Sequence record: NC_048818.1
Origin: Escherichia phage VEc33
Length of the DNA: 64,000 bases
Strand: one strand, 5' to 3'
The notes under the pieces are model-generated. The model did not search any database, had not been told where the DNA came from, and saw only the letters and a program-made list of their open reading frames with translations. This document shows positions 9,360 through 18,027 of this stretch, piece after piece. A program made the position numbers and the translations under genes. The stretch's first letter is position 1, and every line of letters starts with the position of its first letter.

Positions 9360-11234
9360 ATGAATCGCAATGATGAACTAAAATACAAGGAAATGCAGTC
9401 CTTGATTAGAAACTGCAAAGAAATTATTGAGGGTTCTGCTGATGAAGAGCTTCTCTTTAATAATGCGAATAAACCCTCTGAGCGTTTCCCTACACAAAGG
9501 GATATGCTCGCAGGGGAATTGAGTAAATATCTGATTCTAGAAGAAATGCCAGTTCAGATTCGAAATGCTCATATGATTGGAGATATTCATTTCCATGATG
9601 CTGATTACGCTGCTTTAGGCATGACTAACTGTTGCCTAGTAGCCCTGGAAGATATGTTGAAAAATGGTATGAAAGTTGGTAATGCTGAAATTAGCACTCC
9701 AAACTCTATCACTACTGCGGCTGCTATTACAGCTCAGATTATCACACAGGTTAGCTCCCATCAGTATGGGGGTACTTCTGTAGACCGATTAGATGAAGTA
9801 TTGGCTCCTTATGTTCGTAAGTCTTATGATAAGAATCATGCGTTTGCAAAACGTTGGACTAAGGATGAAGCCAAAGCATCAGTAATGGCTACGGAGATGA
9901 CTGAAAAAGAAGTCTATGATGCTTGTCAGGGTCTAGAGTATGAAATCAATACGATGTTCAACTCTAATGGTCAGAGTCCATTTATTACCTTTGGTTTTGG
10001 TCTAGGAACTTCTTGGGAAGCACGTCTAGTACAGAAAGCAATACTGAAAGTACGTATGGATGGCTTAGGTATCAATAAACGTACAGCTATCTTTCCGAAA
10101 CTGGTGTTTGTTCTGCGTGATGGCGTAAATATGAAGCCAGGGGATGTTAATTATGACATCAAGAAGTTAGCTATGAAATGTACTGCTGAACGTATGTATC
10201 CAGACTATATCAGCTATGATAAGGTTGTGGAAGTTACTGGTGACTATAAAGTTTCTATGGGCTGCCGTTCATTCCTAGCTGCTGCAGAAGATGGTGAAAC
10301 TGCCGGTCGTAATAACTTAGGTGTTGTTTCTGTAAACTTGCCTAGAATTGCTATCGAAGCTGAAGGGAATATTGATCTATTCTTTGATTTGCTTGAGCTA
10401 CGTGTTGATACAGCGTTAAAAGCGTTGGAGTGGAGAGTTGATCGCTTAAAATACATTCAAGCTAAAGCCGCGCCCATCCTCTATATGTCAGGAGCCTTTG
10501 GGTTACGCTTAGGGCCTGATGAATATGTATTCGATCATTTCTATAACCGTGCTTCTGTATCTCTGGGGTATATTGGTTGCCATGAAATGCTACAGTTCAT
10601 GTTTGGCAAAGATGTAGACACAATGTCCGAGACTTGCATCAAGTTTGTTCAGCGTGTATTGCAGTACATGCGAGATAGAGTCGATCAGAAGAAGGAAGAG
10701 ACTAAGTTAGGTTATAGCCTGTATGCTACACCGTCAGAGTCCCTATGCGATCGGTTTTGTCGTCTAGACCGTGAATATTTCCCGGAGCATGAAGATATTC
10801 TGTCTAAAGGATACTACACTAACTCGCACCACCTTGATGTAGAACGCAAAGTTGCTCCCAATGTGAAATTTGATTATGAATCTAATTTTACTCCGATTGC
10901 TTCTGGTGGGTGCATTTCCTATGTAGAACTACCAGATATGAAACGATTCCCAGATGCACTGGAATGGGTTATTAATTATGCTGCTAGTAAAGTTCATTAC
11001 TTCGGTATTAATACTCCAGTGGATTCTTGTAGTAAATGTGGATTCTTAGGTGAAACAATAGCATCTGAAGATGGATTTAAGTGCCCTATCTGTGGTAATC
11101 ATGACCCCGAAACTCTTGAAGTAACTCGTCGAGTTTGTGGGTATCTTGGAAATCCGGGTGCTCGTCCATTTAACCCCGGCAAACAGCACGAGGTGATGGG
11201 CAGAGTGAAACATCAGGATATTCGAGCTAAATAA
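9360..11234 (+). CDS. nrdD: Anaerobic ribonucleotide reductase (class III), glycyl-radical enzyme
   Basis: C-terminal glycyl radical motif RVCGYLG, Cys cluster CSKCG...CPICG; 624 aa. Confidence 0.9.
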   Translation: MNRNDELKYKEMQSLIRNCKEIIEGSADEELLFNNANKPSERFPTQRDMLAGELSKYLILEEMPVQIRNAHMIGDIHFHDADYAALGMTNCCLVALEDMLKNGMKVGNAEISTPNSITTAAAITAQIITQVSSHQYGGTSVDRLDEVLAPYVRKSYDKNHAFAKRWTKDEAKASVMATEMTEKEVYDACQGLEYEINTMFNSNGQSPFITFGFGLGTSWEARLVQKAILKVRMDGLGINKRTAIFPKLVFVLRDGVNMKPGDVNYDIKKLAMKCTAERMYPDYISYDKVVEVTGDYKVSMGCRSFLAAAEDGETAGRNNLGVVSVNLPRIAIEAEGNIDLFFDLLELRVDTALKALEWRVDRLKYIQAKAAPILYMSGAFGLRLGPDEYVFDHFYNRASVSLGYIGCHEMLQFMFGKDVDTMSETCIKFVQRVLQYMRDRVDQKKEETKLGYSLYATPSESLCDRFCRLDREYFPEHEDILSKGYYTNSHHLDVERKVAPNVKFDYESNFTPIASGGCISYVELPDMKRFPDALEWVINYAASKVHYFGINTPVDSCSKCGFLGETIASEDGFKCPICGNHDPETLEVTRRVCGYLGNPGARPFNPGKQHEVMGRVKHQDIRAK

Positions 11235-11241
11235 GCTAATC

Positions 11242-11275
11242 AGCCGGGTTGCTAGTCGACCTGGCTTTTATTTTA
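11242..11275 (+). terminator. Rho-independent terminator after nrdD
   Basis: 8 bp stem AGCCGGGT/ACCTGGCT (one G-U) followed by TTTTATTTTATTT. Confidence 0.6.
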
Positions 11276-11276
11276 T

Positions 11277-11305
11277 TTGCTTTCAGCCAAAAATTTATAT
11301 ATAAT
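11277..11305 (+). promoter_or_regulatory. T5-type early promoter (TTGCTT, 17 bp, TATAAT, downstream AGATTTATAAATTTGAGAGGAG)
   Basis: TTGCTT 11277-11282, TATAAT 11300-11305; SD then ATG 11334. Confidence 0.7.
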
Positions 11306-11333
11306 AGATTTATAAATTTGAGAGGAGAAAGCT

Positions 11334-11624
11334 ATGAGCGAGTTGCTTCCTAAAGTAGATGTCTCCCATCTTGGGGAGCCTAGTGAAGAACGTAAGGCTC
11401 TAGATTGGTTGGGTGGATTTGATTATCGTCGTGTTGTTGCAACATGGAATGATAAGAATGATAAGAAAGTTAAGAAGTTTCGGGTACATTATGTAGGTAA
11501 AGACAAGTGGCTCTGGATTGATTATGAAGAATCAAAGGGGTCTACTAAGGCTGTGAAAATTTATTGTATGTATGGGTATTATTATGCTCACTGTGATAAG
11601 AATGAATTTACAGTACAGAACTAA
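11334..11624 (+). CDS. Hypothetical protein (96 aa)
   Basis: ORF track; strong promoter and SD GAGAGGAGA upstream. Confidence 0.6.
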   Translation: MSELLPKVDVSHLGEPSEERKALDWLGGFDYRRVVATWNDKNDKKVKKFRVHYVGKDKWLWIDYEESKGSTKAVKIYCMYGYYYAHCDKNEFTVQN

Positions 11625-11633
11625 GGAACAAGA

Positions 11634-11837
11634 ATGAAAAACGTAAAACATCTTAAATATCGCTTAATTTACAACGGACGTATGGAAACAGAAGATCTGG
11701 CCCAATTAGCTATTACTTCTAATGAGGTTACGGTGCGTGCTCTGGCAATTGAAAAGTTGCGTGCCTCTTATGAAAATCGTGTTATGGAACTGGAGGAGAA
11801 ACTTTATGGACTTCTTGAATCAGAATCTAAAAAGTAA
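11634..11837 (+). CDS. Hypothetical protein (67 aa)
   Basis: ORF track; AGGAACAAGA upstream. Confidence 0.5.
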   Translation: MKNVKHLKYRLIYNGRMETEDLAQLAITSNEVTVRALAIEKLRASYENRVMELEEKLYGLLESESKK

Positions 11838-12000
11838 TCCAGAAAACATGCTTATTGAGCAATGGAACTTTGGTTATAATGCTGGTGTAGCTACTTGTAT
11901 TGCTAGATTGGATACGCTTATTAAGCAAGAAAAGGTACGCCCTGAGGAAGCAATTTTACTCCGAAATATTATCGAAGGATTTAAGCAAGGAATCGTATAG
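11806..12000 (+). CDS. Hypothetical small protein (64 aa); internal start of ORF-track 11722..12000
   Basis: ATG at 11806 preceded by GGAGGAGA SD; overlaps the end of the upstream ORF. Confidence 0.4.
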   Translation: MDFLNQNLKSNPENMLIEQWNFGYNAGVATCIARLDTLIKQEKVRPEEAILLRNIIEGFKQGIV

Positions 12001-12836
12001 TGCGTAGATTAATTATTATTAGCGGTGCAGGTTTGAGTGTTGAAAGTGGTGTACGAGCTTTTCGTACTGATACTGCTAGTGGTAAAGCATTGTGGGATGA
12101 TTATGATCTAGAAGAAGTATGTAATATTCATGCCTTTCGTGGTAATTTTTATCATAAAACCCATATGTTTTACAACAAACGTCGTGAAGAGCTAAAAACT
12201 GTTGAACCCAATCTTGCACATTTGCGTATTGGTGAATGGTATAAACAATATCCAGGTCAAGTAGTAAACTTGACTACCAACGTTGATGACCTTATTGAGC
12301 GTGCTGGCGTTCCACATAGTGACATTCTGCACATTCACGGATATTTAAAAGAGGTTGTTGTAGCTGATAGCTACAATAGTAGCAATAAACGGATTATTGA
12401 TGTAGGGTATAATTCTATTGATCCAGATGATTATAAATGGGTTAAACCTAATGTAATCTTCTTTGGAGAACATGCTCCTGCATACGCAGAAATGTATAAT
12501 GTTTTTGATGGTATTACCAGTCAAGATATGATCATTGTGGTTGGTTGCTCTAATCAAGTAATTAACTTCTACTGGGAATTATTTCCTGTTCTTAATTTGA
12601 CTGCTGCCAAACTAATGGTAGTTAACTACTATGATAGTGCCATAGCAGCAGAGCCAGGCTATCAAGGTATGACTCGTAGTGAGATGTACCAACTGGAAGA
12701 TCGTGGTATTCCTTACTGGAGTAATGGTGCGGTAGATGCTTTTAGTGACCCTGATTTTATTGCTCGTGTGGAAGCCCATTTAGAGGGTAGACCTTATGTG
12801 CCGGAGAGAAGGGGAAACAGATATGTCCATAGTTAA
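12000..12836 (+). CDS. Sir2-family (sirtuin-like) NAD-dependent enzyme, no zinc-ribbon cysteines
   Basis: GTG start overlapping upstream stop. Motifs GAGLSVESGVRAFR, NLTTNVDDLIERAG, HIHG, VIFFGE, VVGCSNQV match the Sir2 catalytic core; the CxxC...CxxC Zn module is absent. Confidence 0.75.
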   Translation: MRRLIIISGAGLSVESGVRAFRTDTASGKALWDDYDLEEVCNIHAFRGNFYHKTHMFYNKRREELKTVEPNLAHLRIGEWYKQYPGQVVNLTTNVDDLIERAGVPHSDILHIHGYLKEVVVADSYNSSNKRIIDVGYNSIDPDDYKWVKPNVIFFGEHAPAYAEMYNVFDGITSQDMIIVVGCSNQVINFYWELFPVLNLTAAKLMVVNYYDSAIAAEPGYQGMTRSEMYQLEDRGIPYWSNGAVDAFSDPDFIARVEAHLEGRPYVPERRGNRYVHS

Positions 12837-13005
12837 ATCTGTTTATACACATCCCGATGATATATTTGTATGGGCGGACGGTAGTTGGTGCTATCGCTGT
12901 GAGCTATGGGAAATGGACTATAAATCCGATGATTATGGTGTCATATATGTTGATACGGTTGAGTATGATACGTTCTTAGAAAGGGACAAAAATGGAAATA
13001 AGTAA
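12823..13005 (+). CDS. Hypothetical small protein (60 aa)
   Basis: ATG 12823 with GGGGAAAC SD; in frame with ORF-track start 12796. Confidence 0.4.
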   Translation: MSIVKSVYTHPDDIFVWADGSWCYRCELWEMDYKSDDYGVIYVDTVEYDTFLERDKNGNK

Positions 13006-13498
13006 TACTCCAATTATTTTTCTAGATATTGATGGGGTGCTCAACTCGAGCATCTCCCATCACCATGCACCTGATGATGAAAAGATTTTCTTTGGAAGTG
13101 ACTGGGTTTTTAAACCGCTTCTCAAGGCTTTTCAGGATTTTATTCGTCCTTCTCCAATAATGATTGTTGGGGTATCTTCATGGTTCTCTGTCAGGAATGA
13201 GATGGAGAACGTTCAGATTATGACCGGATTAGATCTTATCGATCGTTTTCTTGGTACAACGGATTTTACTGGTGGTGGATTATCTAGGGGTAATTCTGTT
13301 CTTCGCTTCGTTGAAAAGCATAAGCTCAAACATTGGTGTGTGCTGGATGATGCTGGTGCTATGATGTATCAGTATCCAACGGTTATAGTCAATGGTAGAA
13401 CTGGAATAAATCTTCAAGATTTAAGAGCTGTTAGCTATATGTTAGAATTTAGTCCAGATCTTGAAATGTGTAAAGCCCTGCAACAATTTAAGGTGTAA
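12992..13498 (+). CDS. HAD-superfamily-like hydrolase (putative phosphatase/nucleotidase)
   Basis: N-terminal motif I IIFLDIDGVLNS (hhhhDxDGV) and later WCVLDDAG (hhhDD). Confidence 0.5.
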   Translation: MEISNTPIIFLDIDGVLNSSISHHHAPDDEKIFFGSDWVFKPLLKAFQDFIRPSPIMIVGVSSWFSVRNEMENVQIMTGLDLIDRFLGTTDFTGGGLSRGNSVLRFVEKHKLKHWCVLDDAGAMMYQYPTVIVNGRTGINLQDLRAVSYMLEFSPDLEMCKALQQFKV

Positions 13499-13500
13499 AT

Positions 13501-13929
13501 ATGTTCAATAATGTATTCTCTAAAGAGGCTAACCCGATATTGGTTAATTTTTGGCGTACTCTTCCAGCCAACCTGTACAATGAGGCTATTAATGCTTTGA
13601 AAATATGGTGTGAGAATAATGAAATCTCCTTTGCTTTTAAAGGTGAGATTGAAGAGGCTCCCTGTATTGGTTTAATTGTGCAGGTGGAGGATGGTCTTGA
13701 AGAGATTGTCGGCTGGAAAGAGTTGGATGAAATGGGCTTGGTTTTTGCGTTAAACTATAAGCTGTTTATGCCCAATAAACACCGTATTGTTGTTAACTAT
13801 AAAACCAATGAATCTCCTGGTTTTCAAGTTAATGAACGGTATGGTTGGTCTTACTCACCAGAAGAAGTAAATGATGGTATCCAAAAACTTCGTCGTTTTG
13901 GTTATCAAATTCCGGGTTTAACCGCCTAA
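13501..13929 (+). CDS. Hypothetical protein, paralog A of a tandem pair
   Basis: Shares PCIG, E(L/M)xxMGLxxALN(Y/F)xLF and C-terminal (Q/Y)(I/V)PGL with the next ORF. Confidence 0.6.
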   Translation: MFNNVFSKEANPILVNFWRTLPANLYNEAINALKIWCENNEISFAFKGEIEEAPCIGLIVQVEDGLEEIVGWKELDEMGLVFALNYKLFMPNKHRIVVNYKTNESPGFQVNERYGWSYSPEEVNDGIQKLRRFGYQIPGLTA

Positions 13930-13938
13930 GGGGGCACA

Positions 13939-14331
13939 ATGGAACAAGTATATTGGCGTCAGATCGACCCTAGTTTGGTGAAGCGTGCAGAGAAGCTGCT
14001 ACAACGTTGGTTGGGGGTAAGACAAGCCTCCTTCACTTTTCCGGAGCAGCAAATAGACGATCCCTGTATTGGTGTTTTCCTATCAGGCTACGCTAGGGAA
14101 TGGGAATTGGATTGGAATGAGTTGTCTGCTATGGGTTTAATTGTTGCCCTAAATTTCTCTTTGTTCCATACACGTGGTTTGGCTATATGTCGTGTGCCTG
14201 ATGACGGTTGTTCGCCCCATCTTTTACAGGTGGAAGATGATATTTGGGAGTACACTCCAGATATTCTCAAAGAAGCTAAAGAACAATTAAATCGTGCTGG
14301 GATTTATGTTCCAGGCCTGAACGATGAATGA
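13939..14331 (+). CDS. Hypothetical protein, paralog B of a tandem pair
   Basis: See paralog A; SD GGGGGCACA upstream of ATG. Confidence 0.6.
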   Translation: MEQVYWRQIDPSLVKRAEKLLQRWLGVRQASFTFPEQQIDDPCIGVFLSGYAREWELDWNELSAMGLIVALNFSLFHTRGLAICRVPDDGCSPHLLQVEDDIWEYTPDILKEAKEQLNRAGIYVPGLNDE

Positions 14332-14422
14332 GTTTTATTAGCTGAACTCTGATTACCGAGCCATTTTGACTCGGTTTTCTCTATGTTCAAAGACACTGGT
14401 AGCAGCTCCTGGAAAAATCTAC

Positions 14423-14451
14423 TTGCAGGATGCCCAAAATCTTGATATAAT
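14423..14451 (+). promoter_or_regulatory. Sigma70-type promoter (TTGCAG, 17 bp, TATAAT) opening into a ~500 bp ORF-free region
   Basis: TTGCAG 14423-14428, TATAAT 14446-14451; no SD-supported ORF until GTG 14951. Confidence 0.55.
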
Positions 14452-14950
14452 ATTTATATTGAATTGAGAGACATTAGTAAAAATTGATTTTGCTAATTTT
14501 TCTTGTTTACAATCCGCGATACGGAACAGTTAGGCTGCCCCATTAAGGGTTGTTTTAACTGTTACGTGTTAGTTTTTAAACAAATAGTTAATAGAATACT
14601 TAGCGATCTGCGTCCCGTAGGAACCCTGGTAAGGCCTCGAAGCAACCTAGATAGAGGTGGTTGTGAAGTGAGACGGGAGGAGTGAAAAACTCCGAGACGT
14701 GATTCTGTAAGTTATATTGCATCTAGTATGAGCTAGTATATGAAGCATTAGGTGAGCAAATCTGGCTTAGCGGCCATCCTCAAGGATTTGTGCGGTATAG
14801 CAAAGCAGCAGCGCAGCGTGAAAGTGGAAGTTGCCACCCCACTTCAGTATTTGCGATTAATTTGTTGAGAAATTGACAGTAACAGTTGTTCTATTCTTTC
14901 TGAATAGTCCTAAAGAAAACTTATTTCATTTCCAACACAGGAGTATTGTT

Positions 14951-17740
14951 GTGTTTTCAATCCTACAAGGTCATGCAGGATTTCATCGCGATTTAGCCAC
15001 AGGCAATTGGCGAGAAGTTAAAGCAGAAGATTATCTTTTTGCTAAAAGATTTTCCTCAAAGCATCCTGAAGGTAAACCAGCTTCAATGCCCTTCAAGTTT
15101 GATGTAATTGACGAAGTTGATCCTCAAACCCTAGTAGAAATGCTTCCCATTATGAGACGTTTAACGTCTGACCCTCATATCGTTGCGGTACGAGGTCGAT
15201 GTCTTGCACCTAAAAATAATGTGCGGCGTAAGAAGGGCAACTTTAATGTATCTAACCCAAGTCATATAATCGCAATGGATGTGGATGGTATTGTAGATAC
15301 AGGTGGTTGTAACAAGTTTGATCTTGTTGGCATGGCTCGACATATTATTAGAATGTTAAATAGTATTAGTGAGGATATGTTCCCTCTTGATGCAGGGTTT
15401 ATCGCTCATGCATCATCTTCGGCTGGGCTAAAACCAGGTATCCGAATGCACTTAATACTAGAATCTAATGTTAAAGTAACTCAGGGTCAAATCAAATTCT
15501 TATTTACATCTATCAACGAAAGTAGTAGACAAAAGTATGGCTTTGATATTGCCGACCTAGCTTATTACTCTTCCGTACAGCTTCATTATTTTGCAGATCC
15601 GTTATTTATCGATGGTATAGTAGATCCGTTTAAAGCGGAGGGTGCTTCACGTCTGGTATTTGTTAAGGGTTCTAAAGTAAATTTACCCAATAATCTGGTT
15701 GACTATGAAACAACTAGAGGAGAGTTTAAAGAGGAGTTCTACTCCTTACTCGATCAAATTAAAGGTAAAAAGGCTGCCTCTGATAAAGTAGAAGAAACCA
15801 TCAGCGAGTTAGAAGAAGCCGAGGATGGAGTGTATCTACGTATTATTCCTAAACTCTATCACAGAGCTTTAGAGGATGGTGTTGATTTTGCATGGCTAGA
15901 AAAAGAAATCCGCCCAGCCTTATCAGAATATATTGCAACTAAAGATAATAGTCGTAATATTCAAGACTACTTTAATAACGGTCGTAAACAGGCTCTGAAA
16001 GCGTTTGTTAATAATTCTAAACGCGATATACCTGATGTTTTAAAAGGTATTCCACTTAAAAAGCTAGAAACTAATTCTCTAGAAACTGATAACTTCTTGA
16101 AATTAAACACTGTACCACCAGAAGGTTATATGACTTTTGTAAAAGCAAGTCTAGGTACAGGTAAAACCACGGCAGTTGTGCGTTGGTTAGATTCAGGGGT
16201 TATTAAAGGTAATTTCTTAGCAATTACCAATACTAGAGCACTGGTATCTTCAAATGCTAAGAAATTTAGTGCAGGACAGTATGATAAGTCTGTAGATATG
16301 CTTAATTTTAAGCGTGGTGCTATTGACCGTATGTCCACAACTATTCACTCTTTGCATAAATTCAAGAGTTTTATTGGTCAAATTGACGCAATCTTTATCG
16401 ATGAATGTGATGCAGTAATGAATGACCTATTATTCGCCCCGGTTGTTAAGCAACGTCGAGAGTGTATTCAGGTTCTTCGGGATATTCTTGCAACTGCAAA
16501 AATCATTATATTATCTGATGGGGATATTAGTGCAGAAACAATTGAAGCATATGGTTCTTTGATTGAGTTTGATAAACCGGTTGCATTTTATAATCATCAC
16601 CGTAAAATGCTATCAAAAGCTCATGCTTATGAGTTTCCTGATGAATCCAGTATTTGGGTTGCACTTCAGACTTCCCTGGAGATGGGTGAGAAATCTATCC
16701 TAGTATCTGACTGTGGGCCAGATGAACTGAATGAGAAGGGCATGGCGTTGCGTCGTAATACGGGTGCGTTAGTTAAGGAAATCCATTCAAATTCTACGTC
16801 TGATGTGGATATTAGACGTATCCTGGATTACACAACTAATGAGTTAATTGACCAACAAATTGATTGCTTATTATGTAGTCCATCCGTAACGAGTGGTGTT
16901 GACTTCAACTATTTTGATAACGTATTCGTTATTACTAGAACCTCAAACCAAGCGCCAAACATGCGTTTCCAAGCAATCAGGCGCGACCGTGGTGCTCAGA
17001 ATATCTATTATTTTATTGATAAATCCACTAGTGGATTCTCCGCAGGTTCTGAACAATATAATATTGATGAAGGTTGGCTGGAGTTAGCACAGCAATTATA
17101 TGCACGTCGCAGAGAGCTGGAATCTAGGAACTATACTAGTACTTTACGTTATTACTTGCTTGATCAGGGTGCAACTATTGATATTTTCAGCGAAAGCTGG
17201 GGAACTATTGAAGGTGCTGGTAAAGAGTACACAGAAGAGCGAATCAAAGCTATACTGTATTCAACTCCTGATTATTGTGCTCCACGCCATGCAGATGCGT
17301 ATGAAGCTAAACTACTTCTTGTTCGCTATTATCATCTTGAGTCTATTAAAGATGTAACAGTTGAGCATGTTGAACAATATATCAAGGATAAACCTAATGA
17401 TCGAGCGGCATTCTTCCATAAAATGCACGAGATGTTTTGGGAAGATATTAAGAAGTGTTCAAATGTCACTATCAAACCATTCATAGAAGCTCTGAAAGGT
17501 AAGAAGAAAGATTTCTTCCTTAAAACAGGTCAGAGTGCTAACCCAAAATATGCGAGAATGTATCTTGGTATGATGGGTATTGGTAAGGATATGAACACTG
17601 AAAATATTGTAGACTGGTACAGAACCTATTGTAAAATCGAGTGTATGCCAATCCCGTATAAGTTTATGACTGATGAGGAGAAACATATGCATGATGAAGC
17701 AATGGCAGAGCTAGGTGCTAGAAATGACAGTGAAGAATAA
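14951..17740 (+). CDS. Large replication-associated protein with P-loop NTPase/helicase-like domain
   Basis: GTG start 14951 with AGGAG SD 7 nt upstream (ORF-track TTG at 14873 lacks SD). Walker A ASLGTGKTT, Walker B IFIDECD; ~400 aa N-terminal region unassigned. Confidence 0.7.
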   Translation: MFSILQGHAGFHRDLATGNWREVKAEDYLFAKRFSSKHPEGKPASMPFKFDVIDEVDPQTLVEMLPIMRRLTSDPHIVAVRGRCLAPKNNVRRKKGNFNVSNPSHIIAMDVDGIVDTGGCNKFDLVGMARHIIRMLNSISEDMFPLDAGFIAHASSSAGLKPGIRMHLILESNVKVTQGQIKFLFTSINESSRQKYGFDIADLAYYSSVQLHYFADPLFIDGIVDPFKAEGASRLVFVKGSKVNLPNNLVDYETTRGEFKEEFYSLLDQIKGKKAASDKVEETISELEEAEDGVYLRIIPKLYHRALEDGVDFAWLEKEIRPALSEYIATKDNSRNIQDYFNNGRKQALKAFVNNSKRDIPDVLKGIPLKKLETNSLETDNFLKLNTVPPEGYMTFVKASLGTGKTTAVVRWLDSGVIKGNFLAITNTRALVSSNAKKFSAGQYDKSVDMLNFKRGAIDRMSTTIHSLHKFKSFIGQIDAIFIDECDAVMNDLLFAPVVKQRRECIQVLRDILATAKIIILSDGDISAETIEAYGSLIEFDKPVAFYNHHRKMLSKAHAYEFPDESSIWVALQTSLEMGEKSILVSDCGPDELNEKGMALRRNTGALVKEIHSNSTSDVDIRRILDYTTNELIDQQIDCLLCSPSVTSGVDFNYFDNVFVITRTSNQAPNMRFQAIRRDRGAQNIYYFIDKSTSGFSAGSEQYNIDEGWLELAQQLYARRRELESRNYTSTLRYYLLDQGATIDIFSESWGTIEGAGKEYTEERIKAILYSTPDYCAPRHADAYEAKLLLVRYYHLESIKDVTVEHVEQYIKDKPNDRAAFFHKMHEMFWEDIKKCSNVTIKPFIEALKGKKKDFFLKTGQSANPKYARMYLGMMGIGKDMNTENIVDWYRTYCKIECMPIPYKFMTDEEKHMHDEAMAELGARNDSEE

Positions 17741-17957
17741 AAAATGGGAAACAAGGAAGTTCCCAGTAAAAGAGCGTAAAGTTCCTGTTTACGATACTTC
17801 GGAAAAGCTATGTAGGGTGGTACCGCACAGACTAGCTGGCATCCCTAACATATCCGAGTGGTTACTTAAACAACGGAGGACTAACGTATCTCTTCGCATA
17901 GGGTTTGAATTAGATAAAGTATATGCTGAACTTTCTTCTTTGCTCAAGGAATCGTAA
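17724..17957 (+). CDS. Hypothetical small protein overlapping 3' end of upstream gene
   Basis: ATG 17724 (or GTG 17715) in a different frame from the large gene; weak support. Confidence 0.3.
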   Translation: MTVKNKKWETRKFPVKERKVPVYDTSEKLCRVVPHRLAGIPNISEWLLKQRRTNVSLRIGFELDKVYAELSSLLKES

Positions 17958-17965
17958 AAATTTAT

Positions 17966-17994
17966 TTGCTTTCAGGAAAATTTTTCTGTATAAT
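17966..17994 (+). promoter_or_regulatory. T5 early promoter, PN25-like (TTGCTT, 17 bp, TATAAT, AGATTCATAAATTTGAGAGAGAGGAG)
   Basis: TTGCTT 17966-17971, TATAAT 17989-17994; sequence matches from memory the classical T5 PN25 promoter. Confidence 0.8.
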
Positions 17995-18027
17995 AGATTC
18001 ATAAATTTGAGAGAGAGGAGTTTAAAT

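Noticed and set aside
14503-14685. 60 aa ORF inside the non-coding region upstream of the replication protein
   Set aside because: TTG start without SD; region more consistent with structured RNA or regulatory DNA.
14332-14950. tRNA genes (T5-like phages encode many)
   Set aside because: Scanned this and other intergenic regions for acceptor-stem/T-loop (GTTCRANYC) architecture and found no convincing cloverleaf; tRNAscan-SE would settle it.
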